Notes: generated from the sequence alone by a model not told the origin. A DNA stretch of 24,255 bases from Candidatus Micrarchaeota archaeon (GCA_021850375.1 JAJZLZ010000033.1:612-24866); one strand, 5' to 3'; shown: positions 1-8,382, counted from the stretch's first letter. Program-made: numbers and translations.

Positions 1-1365
1 TACATTTAGGCGGGCCATCAAATTTGCAGCATTGCCGTGCGCCGCAACCAATTCAGAGGAGGACACAACAGAGTACATGCTGATATTGTAGTTCGGCGTT
101 AACATCTTTGAATCTACAAGCCCGTATGAGAGGTTTACTGCACCGTTGGATTGCGGAAGTACAGTTGAGCAGACATCTATGTTGTTGGTGGTGTATACTA
201 ATCCAAGGCATGTCGAATTGACGCTGTTTTGCGATATGGGCTTTGCATTTAGGCCTACGGATCCTATAAATGTTCCAATTCCGGATATTTGGAACATGTT
301 TGATAGCGTTAGATTATGCCCATCGTACTGCAGCATATTTCCAAGAGGAGTTGAATTTACGTATATGAGCCCGGATTGATAGTGCGCAAGATTCTTATTT
401 GCTTCTAATGCTAAGAGAAGCGCATTGCTCTCGCTTGGAACATATGTGTTTGATTCTATTTGGCTGCATGTGCCCGGAAGGCTACTGTTGTAGTACTCAA
501 CTATCTTGGTCCAACCTGCGGCATATGATGTACATATGCTAGTAGTCTTATTCAAAACAACATAGCCTATGCCCACACCGCCGGATTGTGTTTCTACTAC
601 ATTATAACTAAAGCTTGAAACCACATAATCTACAAGACGTGGATTGATGGTGCCCGAGAGCCATAGCGAATATGCCTTTGTATTGTTTGCATATTTTACA
701 TATGCCCCATTGGCGCTTGCTATGTAGCCATATAAATCCCTCATTAGAGTTGGATTGACGTTTCTATCAAATCCAACCATTCCATATGCGACAGGCAGAT
801 TGTATACTAGGGAAACTAAAGATGAGCTGAACATCGCTGTTCCAACTCCGCTAAAACTCTCCGTATATACTATATTGTTATTTGGTATTGAGGTATATAC
901 GTTGGCGATCTCTGGCTTGCTGACGTTCTCAGTTACAATCGACTTGGTATCATTGCGGTTTGCAAGCTTAATCACTTCTCCGGGATCTGCAATCGCACTG
1001 AATGTGTATATGCCGTTGCTTGTATAAGTATAATTTCTTTCTATCCGTATGCTATTGTGGGCGGGTATCGAGTATGTCGTGTAGTTCTGCTCCACGCCGT
1101 TAACATAAAACCCAAACGGCAAAACTTCAATTGGTGTTGAGCCGAGGTTGGTCAGATTTATTATAAAATAGGTTGTATTGTAGGGGTATAGAGCGCCGAG
1201 GTTTTCAGCAGACATTGAAACCGATATGTTATATTGGGTCTGCGTTTGATGCATTAATATATAAGCTACTGCGACTATAGCAACTATTACAACCGCAAAT
1301 AGTATGTAATATTTGTTTGGGCCATTTGAGGCTATGTTTTTCTCCGCCGAATTTTCCGCCATCAT
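1..1365 (-). CDS. Membrane-anchored surface protein with CARDB/Ig-like domain (partial, runs off left edge)
   Basis: Not in the ORF track. Manual translation from ATG ATG at 1365 is open for 455 codons to base 1: MMAENSAEKNIASNGPNKYYILFAVVIVAIVAVAYILMHQ (one N-terminal TM), then YPYNTTYFIINLTNLGSTPIEVLPFGFYVNG...YTYTSNGIYTFSAIADP, a CARDB-like pattern. Asn/Ser/Thr-rich. Confidence 0.85.
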   Translation of the reverse strand, partial: MMAENSAEKNIASNGPNKYYILFAVVIVAIVAVAYILMHQTQTQYNISVSMSAENLGALYPYNTTYFIINLTNLGSTPIEVLPFGFYVNGVEQNYTTYSIPAHNSIRIERNYTYTSNGIYTFSAIADPGEVIKLANRNDTKSIVTENVSKPEIANVYTSIPNNNIVYTESFSGVGTAMFSSSLVSLVYNLPVAYGMVGFDRNVNPTLMRDLYGYIASANGAYVKYANNTKAYSLWLSGTINPRLVDYVVSSFSYNVVETQSGGVGIGYVVLNKTTSICTSYAAGWTKIVEYYNSSLPGTCSQIESNTYVPSESNALLLALEANKNLAHYQSGLIYVNSTPLGNMLQYDGHNLTLSNMFQISGIGTFIGSVGLNAKPISQNSVNSTCLGLVYTTNNIDVCSTVLPQSNGAVNLSYGLVDSKMLTPNYNISMYSVVSSSELVAAHGNAANLMARLNV

Positions 1366-1366
1366 C

Positions 1367-1831
1367 TCACTTTTTAAATATCGCTTTGAGCACTAGTTGT
1401 GCCTTGTCCACTACTGGATTTGCACATACTTGTATATAATTCTTTATCCATTCTTCGGGTTCGTATCTCTCCCCTATGTCGGGCCATATAAAATGGTATT
1501 TGCCCTTATCGCCATCTATGAGGCGCATCTTTTTGAACTGCAGCATATGGTATCTCAGCGTCTTCTCGTTAATCGGCTCCCACTGGGCGCTTATGTATTC
1601 TATTATCTGCGGGATTATAGGATCCACTTTTTCCCCGAACTGGAAATGCAGCATCGCATCCAAAACCGCTATTGCGCTGAGCCTGGTTTCACCCGGGCTT
1701 ATAACCCCTAAACTGAGAGCCAGCCATCGTACCATTGATCGGCGCGTCTCCATTACCTCTTTTCCAATGCTAAGGCTGCGTATTCTAAGCTCCGACTCTA
1801 TGAGAGAGGATTCGTTTAGCATTAAATCCAC
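1367..1831 (-). CDS. Hypothetical winged-helix protein (putative transcriptional regulator)
   Basis: 154-aa ORF. RWLALSLGVISPGE followed by an HTH-like segment, IPQIIEYISAQWEPINEKTLRYHMLQFKKMRLIDGDKGKYHF. Stop lies 1 nt before the next start. Start could be GTG 1831 or ATG 1822. Confidence 0.7.
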   Translation of the reverse strand: MDLMLNESSLIESELRIRSLSIGKEVMETRRSMVRWLALSLGVISPGETRLSAIAVLDAMLHFQFGEKVDPIIPQIIEYISAQWEPINEKTLRYHMLQFKKMRLIDGDKGKYHFIWPDIGERYEPEEWIKNYIQVCANPVVDKAQLVLKAIFKK

Positions 1832-1896
1832 GCTTTATATTACCCTGACTTTATTAAATAGCTTATCCCTATTCTTTAAAATTTTGCAATATTGCA

Positions 1897-2280
1897 CTAT
1901 TCCTCCTTTCTTTTACGCTTAGCCATCCTATCTGCTATGCCCAACGCAGATACAGCAACCCATATAACAACCGCCGTGGTGAGTGCGGCATAAGGCAGCA
2001 GCATTATCGCGCCGAGTGATTTTGACATAAATGTTATGAATGCGCCATTATGCGCATTCCATGCATGCCCGCCTGGGCTCCATGAAATATTGCTTGATGC
2101 TTTGATTTTACTGGAATTCGCTGCCTGCACAGGAGTGCGCAGAAGGCTTATAACATTAAATCCGCCAGAATCTGCAACAATATTTTTAAACGCAATCTGA
2201 TGCAAACCTCGAAGTTGCCCATATGCCATAGTATTAGATGTGCCAATTGCCTGGCCATTTAAGGAGCATGTTTTTTGCAT
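1897..2280 (-). CDS. Hypothetical protein with C-terminal transmembrane helix and basic tail
   Basis: 127-aa ORF. Hydrophobic AIMLLPYAALTTAVVIWVAVSALGIA is followed by RMAKRKRKEE. A TTATAAAT box lies about 60 nt upstream. No family recognised. Confidence 0.5.
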   Translation of the reverse strand: MQKTCSLNGQAIGTSNTMAYGQLRGLHQIAFKNIVADSGGFNVISLLRTPVQAANSSKIKASSNISWSPGGHAWNAHNGAFITFMSKSLGAIMLLPYAALTTAVVIWVAVSALGIADRMAKRKRKEE

Positions 2281-2413
2281 AATATCGCCTAGATGTTACT
2301 ATTCTCTTTTTGAATGGGATTAGGTCTTTTGCTCATGCATTTATAACTATGCCACAGCGGATGGTAAGATGCGTATTTGTTTGTGCAACTATATACCCAA
2401 ACAACACGCAAGA

Positions 2414-2422
2414 TTTATAAAA
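2414..2422 (+). promoter_or_regulatory. Putative TATA box of the 2451 gene
   Basis: TTTATAAAA, about 30 nt upstream of ATG 2451. Confidence 0.5.
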
Positions 2423-2450
2423 CATGCTTACGAATGAGTAGGCGGTATAA

Positions 2451-2837
2451 ATGGCAATAGTACAAGTGGACCAGACATTCAATCCCAATACGTTATTAGA
2501 CAACAAGAAGAACGAGATCACTATGGAGCTGCAATTAAGCACAGACTCGCCTGGTGAATACTGGTGCGAATGCGACATAAATGCTGCTGCGCCGCTATCT
2601 TTGGCACATGATGTGAATTTAAACATCGGCAGAACACGCATAGGCATAATCAAGCAGGGAAAAGTTCTTAAAAAACAGGTAAAATTATACAGCAGCAGCC
2701 AGATAATCAGCGGCGATTACCCTGTAGAGATAACAACGTACATATATGATTGCGATGGGGCAATAGCTGAAAGGCACGATTTTAAGGCATCCATAAAATG
2801 CGAGAACCAAAATAGGCAGGTACTAACTAACGGGTAG
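2451..2837 (+). CDS. Hypothetical beta-sandwich-like protein
   Basis: 128-aa ORF with TATA box and AGGCGG upstream. Alternating beta-strand pattern (GDYPVEITTYIYDCDGAIAER). No signal peptide. Confidence 0.75.
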   Translation: MAIVQVDQTFNPNTLLDNKKNEITMELQLSTDSPGEYWCECDINAAAPLSLAHDVNLNIGRTRIGIIKQGKVLKKQVKLYSSSQIISGDYPVEITTYIYDCDGAIAERHDFKASIKCENQNRQVLTNG

Positions 2838-2865
2838 TGAAATATAGAAATAGAGCAGCGCAGAT

Positions 2866-3033
2866 TTATTTCGCACTGTGCTTTTTGTTTTCTTTCTTAT
2901 TGAATCTGCGCTTCATGACTATGCTGTTTTTGTAGCAACGAGTTGAGCAGAAGTACTTCAAATCTCCGGTTTTCAGCACGTACATCGTGCCGGTCCCCTT
3001 TTTAATTTCATTTTCGCAGTAAGTGCACTTCAT
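2866..3033 (-). CDS. rpl24e: 50S ribosomal protein L24e
   Basis: Not in the ORF track. Manual translation: MKCTYCENEIKKGTGTMYVLKTGDLKYFCSTRCYKNSIVMKRRFNKKENKKHSAK*, with CxxC...GTG.MYV...G....FCS..C (TRASH zinc motif). GGTG SD upstream. Follows S28e as in the canonical operon. Confidence 0.95.
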   Translation of the reverse strand: MKCTYCENEIKKGTGTMYVLKTGDLKYFCSTRCYKNSIVMKRRFNKKENKKHSAK

Positions 3034-3053
3034 AACACCACTCAAGTTTCAAT

Positions 3054-3341
3054 CTACTTTACCCTTATCTCGCGAGCCTCTCTGCTCGTGTCAGGCAGGC
3101 GAATAACGTCTCCCTTCTTAACTGGGCCTAGTATGTTTCTGCGTATTATGCGCCCTTTGTCATTTCCTTCCAGTATTTCGCATGATATTGAATATATTTC
3201 ACCAGATATTCCAGTCTTAACTGACCTGTTTATATCAACGATCCTTGCCATAAATCCAGAGAACCTGTTCTGTGGCTCCTGCTTTAATTGCTGCTTTATC
3301 GAATCGTTTGATTTTTCTGGTTTTTGCTCATCCGCCATCAT
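3054..3341 (-). CDS. rps28e: 30S ribosomal protein S28e with N-terminal extension
   Basis: CEILEGNDKGRIIRRNILGPVKKGDVIRLPDTSREAREI matches the S28e core. Lies between L7Ae and L24e. Confidence 0.93.
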   Translation of the reverse strand: MMADEQKPEKSNDSIKQQLKQEPQNRFSGFMARIVDINRSVKTGISGEIYSISCEILEGNDKGRIIRRNILGPVKKGDVIRLPDTSREAREIRVK

Positions 3342-3356
3342 GCAACACCGCTACAT

Positions 3357-3854
3357 TTAATTCTCAGCCGCAGGCATTGCAGCATCCTGCGTTGCCTCCT
3401 TCTTTGGCTGTTCTTTCTTTTGCTCTTTCTTCTCACGCTTTGGCTCCTGAGCCTTCTGCTCAACCTTTTGCTGAGGCTTCTCCGAAGGAGAAGCTGTCCC
3501 TGTGACTTTTGATATAATGTCTTTTATATTATGCTCGGCGGATCCTGCGTTCTCTACCGCTATTGCTGTACATGGGACATTGAGCCCTATTGATTTTCCA
3601 AGATCTAGCTTGCTTGGAACATATGAATATGGTATTTTCTTCTGCTCGCAGATCTTTGGTATGTGTATGACAACCTCTTCGGGCTCTACGTCTGATGCTA
3701 TTACAACAAAGGATGCTATCCCCTGCTCAACGCTCTTGGTAACCTCATTTGCGCCCTTTCTTATCTTACCCGACTGTTTTATTTGCTGCAACGCTTCATA
3801 GGTCTTTGATACAACATCGGCTGACACTTCGAACTTCACATAGGATTTTGCCAT
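3357..3854 (-). CDS. rpl7ae: 50S ribosomal protein L7Ae with C-terminal Lys/Glu/Gln-rich extension
   Basis: GKIRKGANEVTKSVEQG...VVIASDVEPEEVVIHIPKICEQKKIPYSYVPSKLDLGKSIGL. AGGTG SD upstream. Confidence 0.97.
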   Translation of the reverse strand: MAKSYVKFEVSADVVSKTYEALQQIKQSGKIRKGANEVTKSVEQGIASFVVIASDVEPEEVVIHIPKICEQKKIPYSYVPSKLDLGKSIGLNVPCTAIAVENAGSAEHNIKDIISKVTGTASPSEKPQQKVEQKAQEPKREKKEQKKEQPKKEATQDAAMPAAEN

Positions 3855-3874
3855 TTAAAACACCTGTATAGTTT

Positions 3875-3909
3875 CCCTCATCAGGCGCAATGCATACTGC
3901 ACCTTTGGG
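3875..3909 (-). promoter_or_regulatory. Putative kink-turn in the rpl7ae 5' leader
   Basis: Minus-strand RNA CCC-AA-AGGUGCAGU-AUGC-AUUGCGCCU-GAU-GA-GGG folds as a 9-bp C-stem hairpin, a 3-nt GAU bulge, G.A and A.A pairs, and a 3-bp GGG/CCC NC stem. Confidence 0.65.
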
Positions 3910-3942
3910 TAAGGAATCTTACCATTACTTTGCAGGGCAGAT

Positions 3943-3951
3943 TATTTAAAT
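3943..3951. promoter_or_regulatory. Putative TATA box for rpl7ae, possibly bidirectional
   Basis: Minus strand reads TTTAAATA (3950-3943). ATTTAAAT (3944-3951) is palindromic and sits between the divergent rpl7ae and 4028 genes. Confidence 0.55.
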
Positions 3952-4027
3952 CTTACTATGATAATCTAACTACATAGTAAAATGAGGCAGCTGCATAAAA
4001 GGTAACGCTTTTAAACGAGTTAATTTA

Positions 4028-4561
4028 ATGTCGGGCAAAAATAAAACCGGTTTAAGCTCAGGGATTTATAAAAGCAATAAGTTTGTGGCTGCGCTTATTC
4101 TAATAGTTGCGATAATACTCATATTCCTGGTAGGTCTTGCTATATATTTGATCTTTTTTATGCACAAATCCGCACCTAGCTATATATATTCAAACTCGAT
4201 TTCAATTAACAAAACCAACTCAAATTTATATAAAAATCTAACCATATCTTCAAATACTCTCGTAGTGCTAAACGAAAGTTCAGCTACAATGTCTATATTT
4301 GTTAAAAACGGGGCCACATTATACTTGAATTTATCTGGTAATTCGGACACGATAAATGTTTTTGGCAATTATAATGAATGGTATGTGCTCAAACTTTTAG
4401 GGAACCAGAACAACATATATACATATAATATGACGCAGATAGCTCTGTCTATTTCTGGGGTAAGTGACAGCTTATATACAAATTCCAATAGGATATGCGA
4501 TTATACCTTCTATCAGTATATGTTGCCAGGGCGAATAAAAATAATATCATCGGCATGCTGA
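4028..4561 (+). CDS. Membrane-anchored Asn-rich protein, possible beta-solenoid ectodomain
   Basis: N-terminal TM FVAALILIVAIILIFLVGLAIYLIFF. Recurrent LxLxGNxDTIxV-like strands (LNLSGNSDTINV, LKLLGNQNNIYT, LSISGVSDSLYT). Five N-x-S/T sequons after the TM. Confidence 0.75.
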   Translation: MSGKNKTGLSSGIYKSNKFVAALILIVAIILIFLVGLAIYLIFFMHKSAPSYIYSNSISINKTNSNLYKNLTISSNTLVVLNESSATMSIFVKNGATLYLNLSGNSDTINVFGNYNEWYVLKLLGNQNNIYTYNMTQIALSISGVSDSLYTNSNRICDYTFYQYMLPGRIKIISSAC

Positions 4562-4575
4562 CTAAAAAGAACGCT

Positions 4576-4618
4576 ATTTAATATAAATTTTAATATAAGT
4601 TTTAATCTAAATTTTAAA
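4576..4618. repeat. Imperfect 12-bp tandem repeat, about 3.5 copies
   Basis: ATTTAATATAAA / TTTTAATATAAG / TTTTAATCTAAA / TTTTAAA, in the gap between two convergent genes. Confidence 0.7.
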
Positions 4619-4648
4619 CGGTTGAAACATAGCATTTGATTAGCTAGA

Positions 4649-5431
4649 TTATATCTTTGAAAATTTATCCTCAAGTGTCTTAATGTCAATGCCGTCAAAT
4701 AGCGCAGGCATTATGTGCAATGCGCGCATTATCGATGCGCCAAGCAATGATTCGAACGAACCCGTGTCAAGCCAATAGCCACTCAGCCTATGCGCCTTGA
4801 GATTGCCCTTCTTTAAATAATAATTGTTAACGTCTGTTATCTCGTACTCTCCCCTGCCGCTTGGCCTGAGATCTTTTATTGCGGCAAAAACATCATTTGG
4901 GAATATGTAAAACCCAGTTACAACAAAATTGCTTTTGGGCTCCTTTGGTTTTTCTTCTATTCCAACTACAACATCGCGCTCTCCTATCTGCGCGACCCCA
5001 AAACCCTCCGGATGCGCCACTTCCTTTATAAATATATATGCGTTCTTATCCTGCAAAACACCATCAGGCAACACAAAATTATTGAACATATTATCGCCCA
5101 GTATGGCCACAACCTTCTCCTCTCCAAAAAAATCCTCAGCCTGCAAAAGAGCGTGCGCTATGCCTAATGGCTTATCTTGTATAATATAGGTCAATTTCAC
5201 GCCGTATGATGAACCATCGCCGAGTAGATTTACAAAGTCAGAGTGGTACTCCCTGCCGGTTACTATGCATATGTCATTTACTCCTATATTTCTTAGAGTT
5301 TCAAGAGGGCTTAGAATCATCGGCCTATCAAAAACGGGCAGCAATATCTTGCTTGTAACATCTGTTAGGGGTTTTAACCTTGTTCCCCTTCCCGCTGCAA
5401 GTATTACACCTTTTGGATGATTAGATGCCAT
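4649..5431 (-). CDS. rmlA: Glucose-1-phosphate thymidylyltransferase-like sugar-phosphate nucleotidyltransferase (short RmlA/SpsI type)
   Basis: ILAAGRGTRLKPLT...SKILLPVFDRPMI, QDKPLGIAHAL, EEKPKEPKSN, RPSGRGEYEITDVN, WLDTGSFESL. Confidence 0.9.
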   Translation of the reverse strand: MASNHPKGVILAAGRGTRLKPLTDVTSKILLPVFDRPMILSPLETLRNIGVNDICIVTGREYHSDFVNLLGDGSSYGVKLTYIIQDKPLGIAHALLQAEDFFGEEKVVAILGDNMFNNFVLPDGVLQDKNAYIFIKEVAHPEGFGVAQIGERDVVVGIEEKPKEPKSNFVVTGFYIFPNDVFAAIKDLRPSGRGEYEITDVNNYYLKKGNLKAHRLSGYWLDTGSFESLLGASIMRALHIMPALFDGIDIKTLEDKFSKI

Positions 5432-5627
5432 ATAACCAGAATATATTTGAAGCCAGCAGATTTATTCTTTGTGTTTGCACATCTATATATCCAATTAGAA
5501 CTTGGTGTTTAGCGCAAAATTAATAACATTGATTTTTCCATCACAGAAGTATTTTTTATTATTGAAACCCCAAACAAGGCATGGCAAATACATTTTTATT
5601 CTTTCTTATGCAACTACTATAGATATC

Positions 5628-7145
5628 ATGCGACTTAAATCCCAGAGCGCAATGGAATATTTGATGACATACGGCTGGGCCATACTGATCATTGCAGTCG
5701 TAATTGCTGTGCTATTTGACCTTGGCATATTCAGCAGCCCATCCTTTGGAAACAGCTGCATAACTCAGGACGGGTTTTACTGCAGCAACCCCATACTTAC
5801 ATCCTCCGGCGCACTGTATGTTAATTTTGCGCAGTTCTCATCAGGTCAGATGAATATAACAGGCTTTGGCTGCTCTAATAGCACAGCAGCCCCGGCCTAT
5901 TTCCAAGACAACTTTATAGATTTGCAGCCTAACGAACAATCGCATGTGATGTTTCCATGTCCGACAACATCAGGCGCCTCTGGCACGCAGTTCATTGGGA
6001 CTTTGTGGGTGAAATATAACACCCCTCAAGTAACAAATGTCGAAGAGGAAGTTGCTTCGATAAAAGCCCATGTCGCAGTCGCACAAATATATTATACAAC
6101 AGGAATTTCTTACATGTACCCGTTCTCTGAGCAAACAGACACATACAAAAGTGGCAGCATACCAGGATGCAGAGGTTATTATTATATATCTCCAGACGGA
6201 TCTAAATTATTTCAAACCTATTTCGGTGAGCCATTTTGTATTAGCAGTACTTCGGGCTACAGCTTAGCAACACTAAACCTACAGGGTTACAATGTTGGGG
6301 GAGATAGTGGATTTTCAAATAGCGGAGAGTATACTTACGTCTTCTCTTATTTGTCTAGTCCATGCGGAGGAGATGGATGTATTTATTTGAACAAAATAGA
6401 CACCAATAATTACCAGGTGGTTGAAAATACCCTGCTGCTTACCCAATCTTCATCATCACCTTACGTAATTACAAATGATGCAAAGAACATTTATTTTGCA
6501 GCGGATTCGAACATATATGCGGTGAATAAAGACAGCTTAGAAATTGTGGCGAATGTTCCAGGATGTTACGCTCCTGCTAACTCCACGATTTCACCCGACG
6601 GCAGATACGTGTATTTCTCCTGCCTTAACTCTGGGGGCGTTTTTGTAATGAACACCCAGACATATAATACTGTTTATATACCAAACACAAATTCTGGGGA
6701 TAATGCTTTTTATAACGTCGAATTCGGGCAGAATGGATATGCCTATGCACTACCGTATGAAGGACAAAACCATATTGTTGTTATAAACACAAGCACGGAT
6801 AATGTTGTAAGCACTATACCACTATATGGAAATCCTGGAATAGATGCAGTAATACTATCACCAACTAGCAAGGTTCTCTACGTACTTGGGGTGTATAATG
6901 GAATGCTTGGAATCTACTCAATAAATACGAATACAAACACTGCAAGTAATTCAATAATACCAATATCGTGCTCTGATTGCAGCTACTATGGAGATATTGC
7001 TATAACGCCAAATGGCAGAAAGCTGCTCGTAGGGCTTGGCAATACTAGAAGTATATATGTAGTTAATTTAGCTTCCGATAGCGTAGAATCAGTTGTACAA
7101 ATGGAGGGTACGTATACAGGAGGGCTTGTGCCTGCACCTGTTTAA
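5628..7145 (+). CDS. Class III (pilin-like) signal peptide protein with C-terminal YVTN-like beta-propeller
   Basis: Likely start is ATG 5628: MRLKS/QSAMEYLMTYGWAILIIAVVIAVLF, with a basic residue, Q at +1 and E at +5. Propeller blades: ISPDGSKLF, ISPDGRYVYF, VVINTSTDNVVSTIPL, LSPTSKVLYV, AITPNGRKLLV, YVVNLASDSVESVV. Confidence 0.88.
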   Translation: MRLKSQSAMEYLMTYGWAILIIAVVIAVLFDLGIFSSPSFGNSCITQDGFYCSNPILTSSGALYVNFAQFSSGQMNITGFGCSNSTAAPAYFQDNFIDLQPNEQSHVMFPCPTTSGASGTQFIGTLWVKYNTPQVTNVEEEVASIKAHVAVAQIYYTTGISYMYPFSEQTDTYKSGSIPGCRGYYYISPDGSKLFQTYFGEPFCISSTSGYSLATLNLQGYNVGGDSGFSNSGEYTYVFSYLSSPCGGDGCIYLNKIDTNNYQVVENTLLLTQSSSSPYVITNDAKNIYFAADSNIYAVNKDSLEIVANVPGCYAPANSTISPDGRYVYFSCLNSGGVFVMNTQTYNTVYIPNTNSGDNAFYNVEFGQNGYAYALPYEGQNHIVVINTSTDNVVSTIPLYGNPGIDAVILSPTSKVLYVLGVYNGMLGIYSINTNTNTASNSIIPISCSDCSYYGDIAITPNGRKLLVGLGNTRSIYVVNLASDSVESVVQMEGTYTGGLVPAPV

Positions 7146-7252
7146 ATTTAGGCTTTGTTTTGTATCCTTCTACTAAAGCATGCATAGCTGTGGTAAGCAT
7201 GTAGGAAAGTTTTAAATATATTTGCTTGCTACTTTATTATGTAGATGGTTGG

Positions 7253-8032
7253 TTGGAGACGACAACTGTAACCCGTAATGGTAACAGGCACCATAGCACA
7301 TCAGATAGTTCCATACCTTTAGATAATAATGATAAAATAGGAGCAGGATCTAGATTCAGTTTAGTAAATGCCAATAAAAGCATCGGGCCAAATTTGGCCT
7401 TAGTCGACGAAAAAATGCAGCGCAGGGTGGCAAACCGCGATTATGGCGTAAACTCCTTTGACGTAATGTCTTTAATACGCAAAGAGGAAAGGCTGCTGCG
7501 CGACGTACAGATAAAACTGGCAGGAGATTTTGATACGAACACACGCGCAGAACTTGCGGCAAGTAGCAACCTAACAAGCGCTATGGCCCAATTTATGTTG
7601 GCATCGGATAAGCATTACTTTGTAAGGCTATGCCTTGCAGGAAATGGAAATGCAAGTGCTTCAGTCATTAAGGTATTATATGACGATGCCATGCTTGAAA
7701 ATGAATTATATTCAATGGGCGTTCGCTCGTGCACTAACAAGGAGTTTAAAAGCTACGCTGGAATGCGTATTAAAGAGTCCAACGAGATATTGGATGCACT
7801 TTATAAGAATCCCAAATTTTCAGGCAGCGGCAAATCACAGGACAACGACCAATTTGATATGCCAAAAAGGCGCGATATTTTAAAAGAGTTCTTAGAAATG
7901 GTAGACAATACATGCAAGGATAGTGTTGCAAAAACAATATTAATGAGTATGTTTGAATATTACTCTAGTACAATGTTTAGTGGTATTTATGAGCCAGTTC
8001 GGAATACAAGTACACAGAAAGCCGGAGACTAA
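7253..8032 (+). CDS. Hypothetical protein with leucine-rich-variant (LRV)/HEAT-like repeats
   Basis: KLAGDFDTNTRAELAASSNLT and MLASDKHYFVRLCLAGNGNASASVIKVLYDD fit the LRV repeat pattern. GGAAAG-TTTTAAATA promoter at about 7204-7218 suggests TTG 7253 as start, but the start is uncertain. Confidence 0.65.
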   Translation: METTTVTRNGNRHHSTSDSSIPLDNNDKIGAGSRFSLVNANKSIGPNLALVDEKMQRRVANRDYGVNSFDVMSLIRKEERLLRDVQIKLAGDFDTNTRAELAASSNLTSAMAQFMLASDKHYFVRLCLAGNGNASASVIKVLYDDAMLENELYSMGVRSCTNKEFKSYAGMRIKESNEILDALYKNPKFSGSGKSQDNDQFDMPKRRDILKEFLEMVDNTCKDSVAKTILMSMFEYYSSTMFSGIYEPVRNTSTQKAGD

Positions 8033-8381
8033 GAGCGCAGGCAATGGCAAGAAGAAGATAAAGTTCAGGGACAAGCGCCGCAGTGAGGTAGGAAACTATT
8101 TTTCGGCAACTAAGCTATCCGAAGCTAACGTGTCTGTAGAAATTAGACGCAGAGGAGGTCTGAGGGCTATACGCATGAAACATGCGGGATTTGCAAATCT
8201 TAAGATGAAGGAAGGCTACAAAAAAGCGAAAATAAGCAGCGTTTTGGAATCCCCAGACAATAGAAACTTTGCAAGGCAAAACATAATAACAAAAGGATCA
8301 ATAATAATGACAGATGCCGGCAAGGCTGTTGTTACAAATAGGCCGGGCAGAGAGGGCACAATAAACGCCCGTTTAGTCTAG
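7989..8381 (+). CDS. rps8e: 30S ribosomal protein S8e
   Basis: MSQFGIQVH...GNGKKKIKFRDKRRSEVG...RRRGGLRAIRMKHAGFAN...VLESPDNRNFARQNIITKGSII.TDAGKAVVTNRPGREGTINARL. Start is ATG 7989 rather than 7953. Confidence 0.95.
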   Translation: MSQFGIQVHRKPETKSAGNGKKKIKFRDKRRSEVGNYFSATKLSEANVSVEIRRRGGLRAIRMKHAGFANLKMKEGYKKAKISSVLESPDNRNFARQNIITKGSIIMTDAGKAVVTNRPGREGTINARLV

Positions 8382-8382
8382 G

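Noticed and set aside
146-1027. Plus-strand ORFs 146-379 and 755-1027
   Set aside because: Antisense shadows of the uninterrupted 455-codon minus-strand gene.
5502-5627. 42-codon N-terminal extension of the pilin-like gene
   Set aside because: Class III signal peptides start a few residues before the cleavage site. ATG 5628 fits, and the extension looks like AT-rich promoter DNA.
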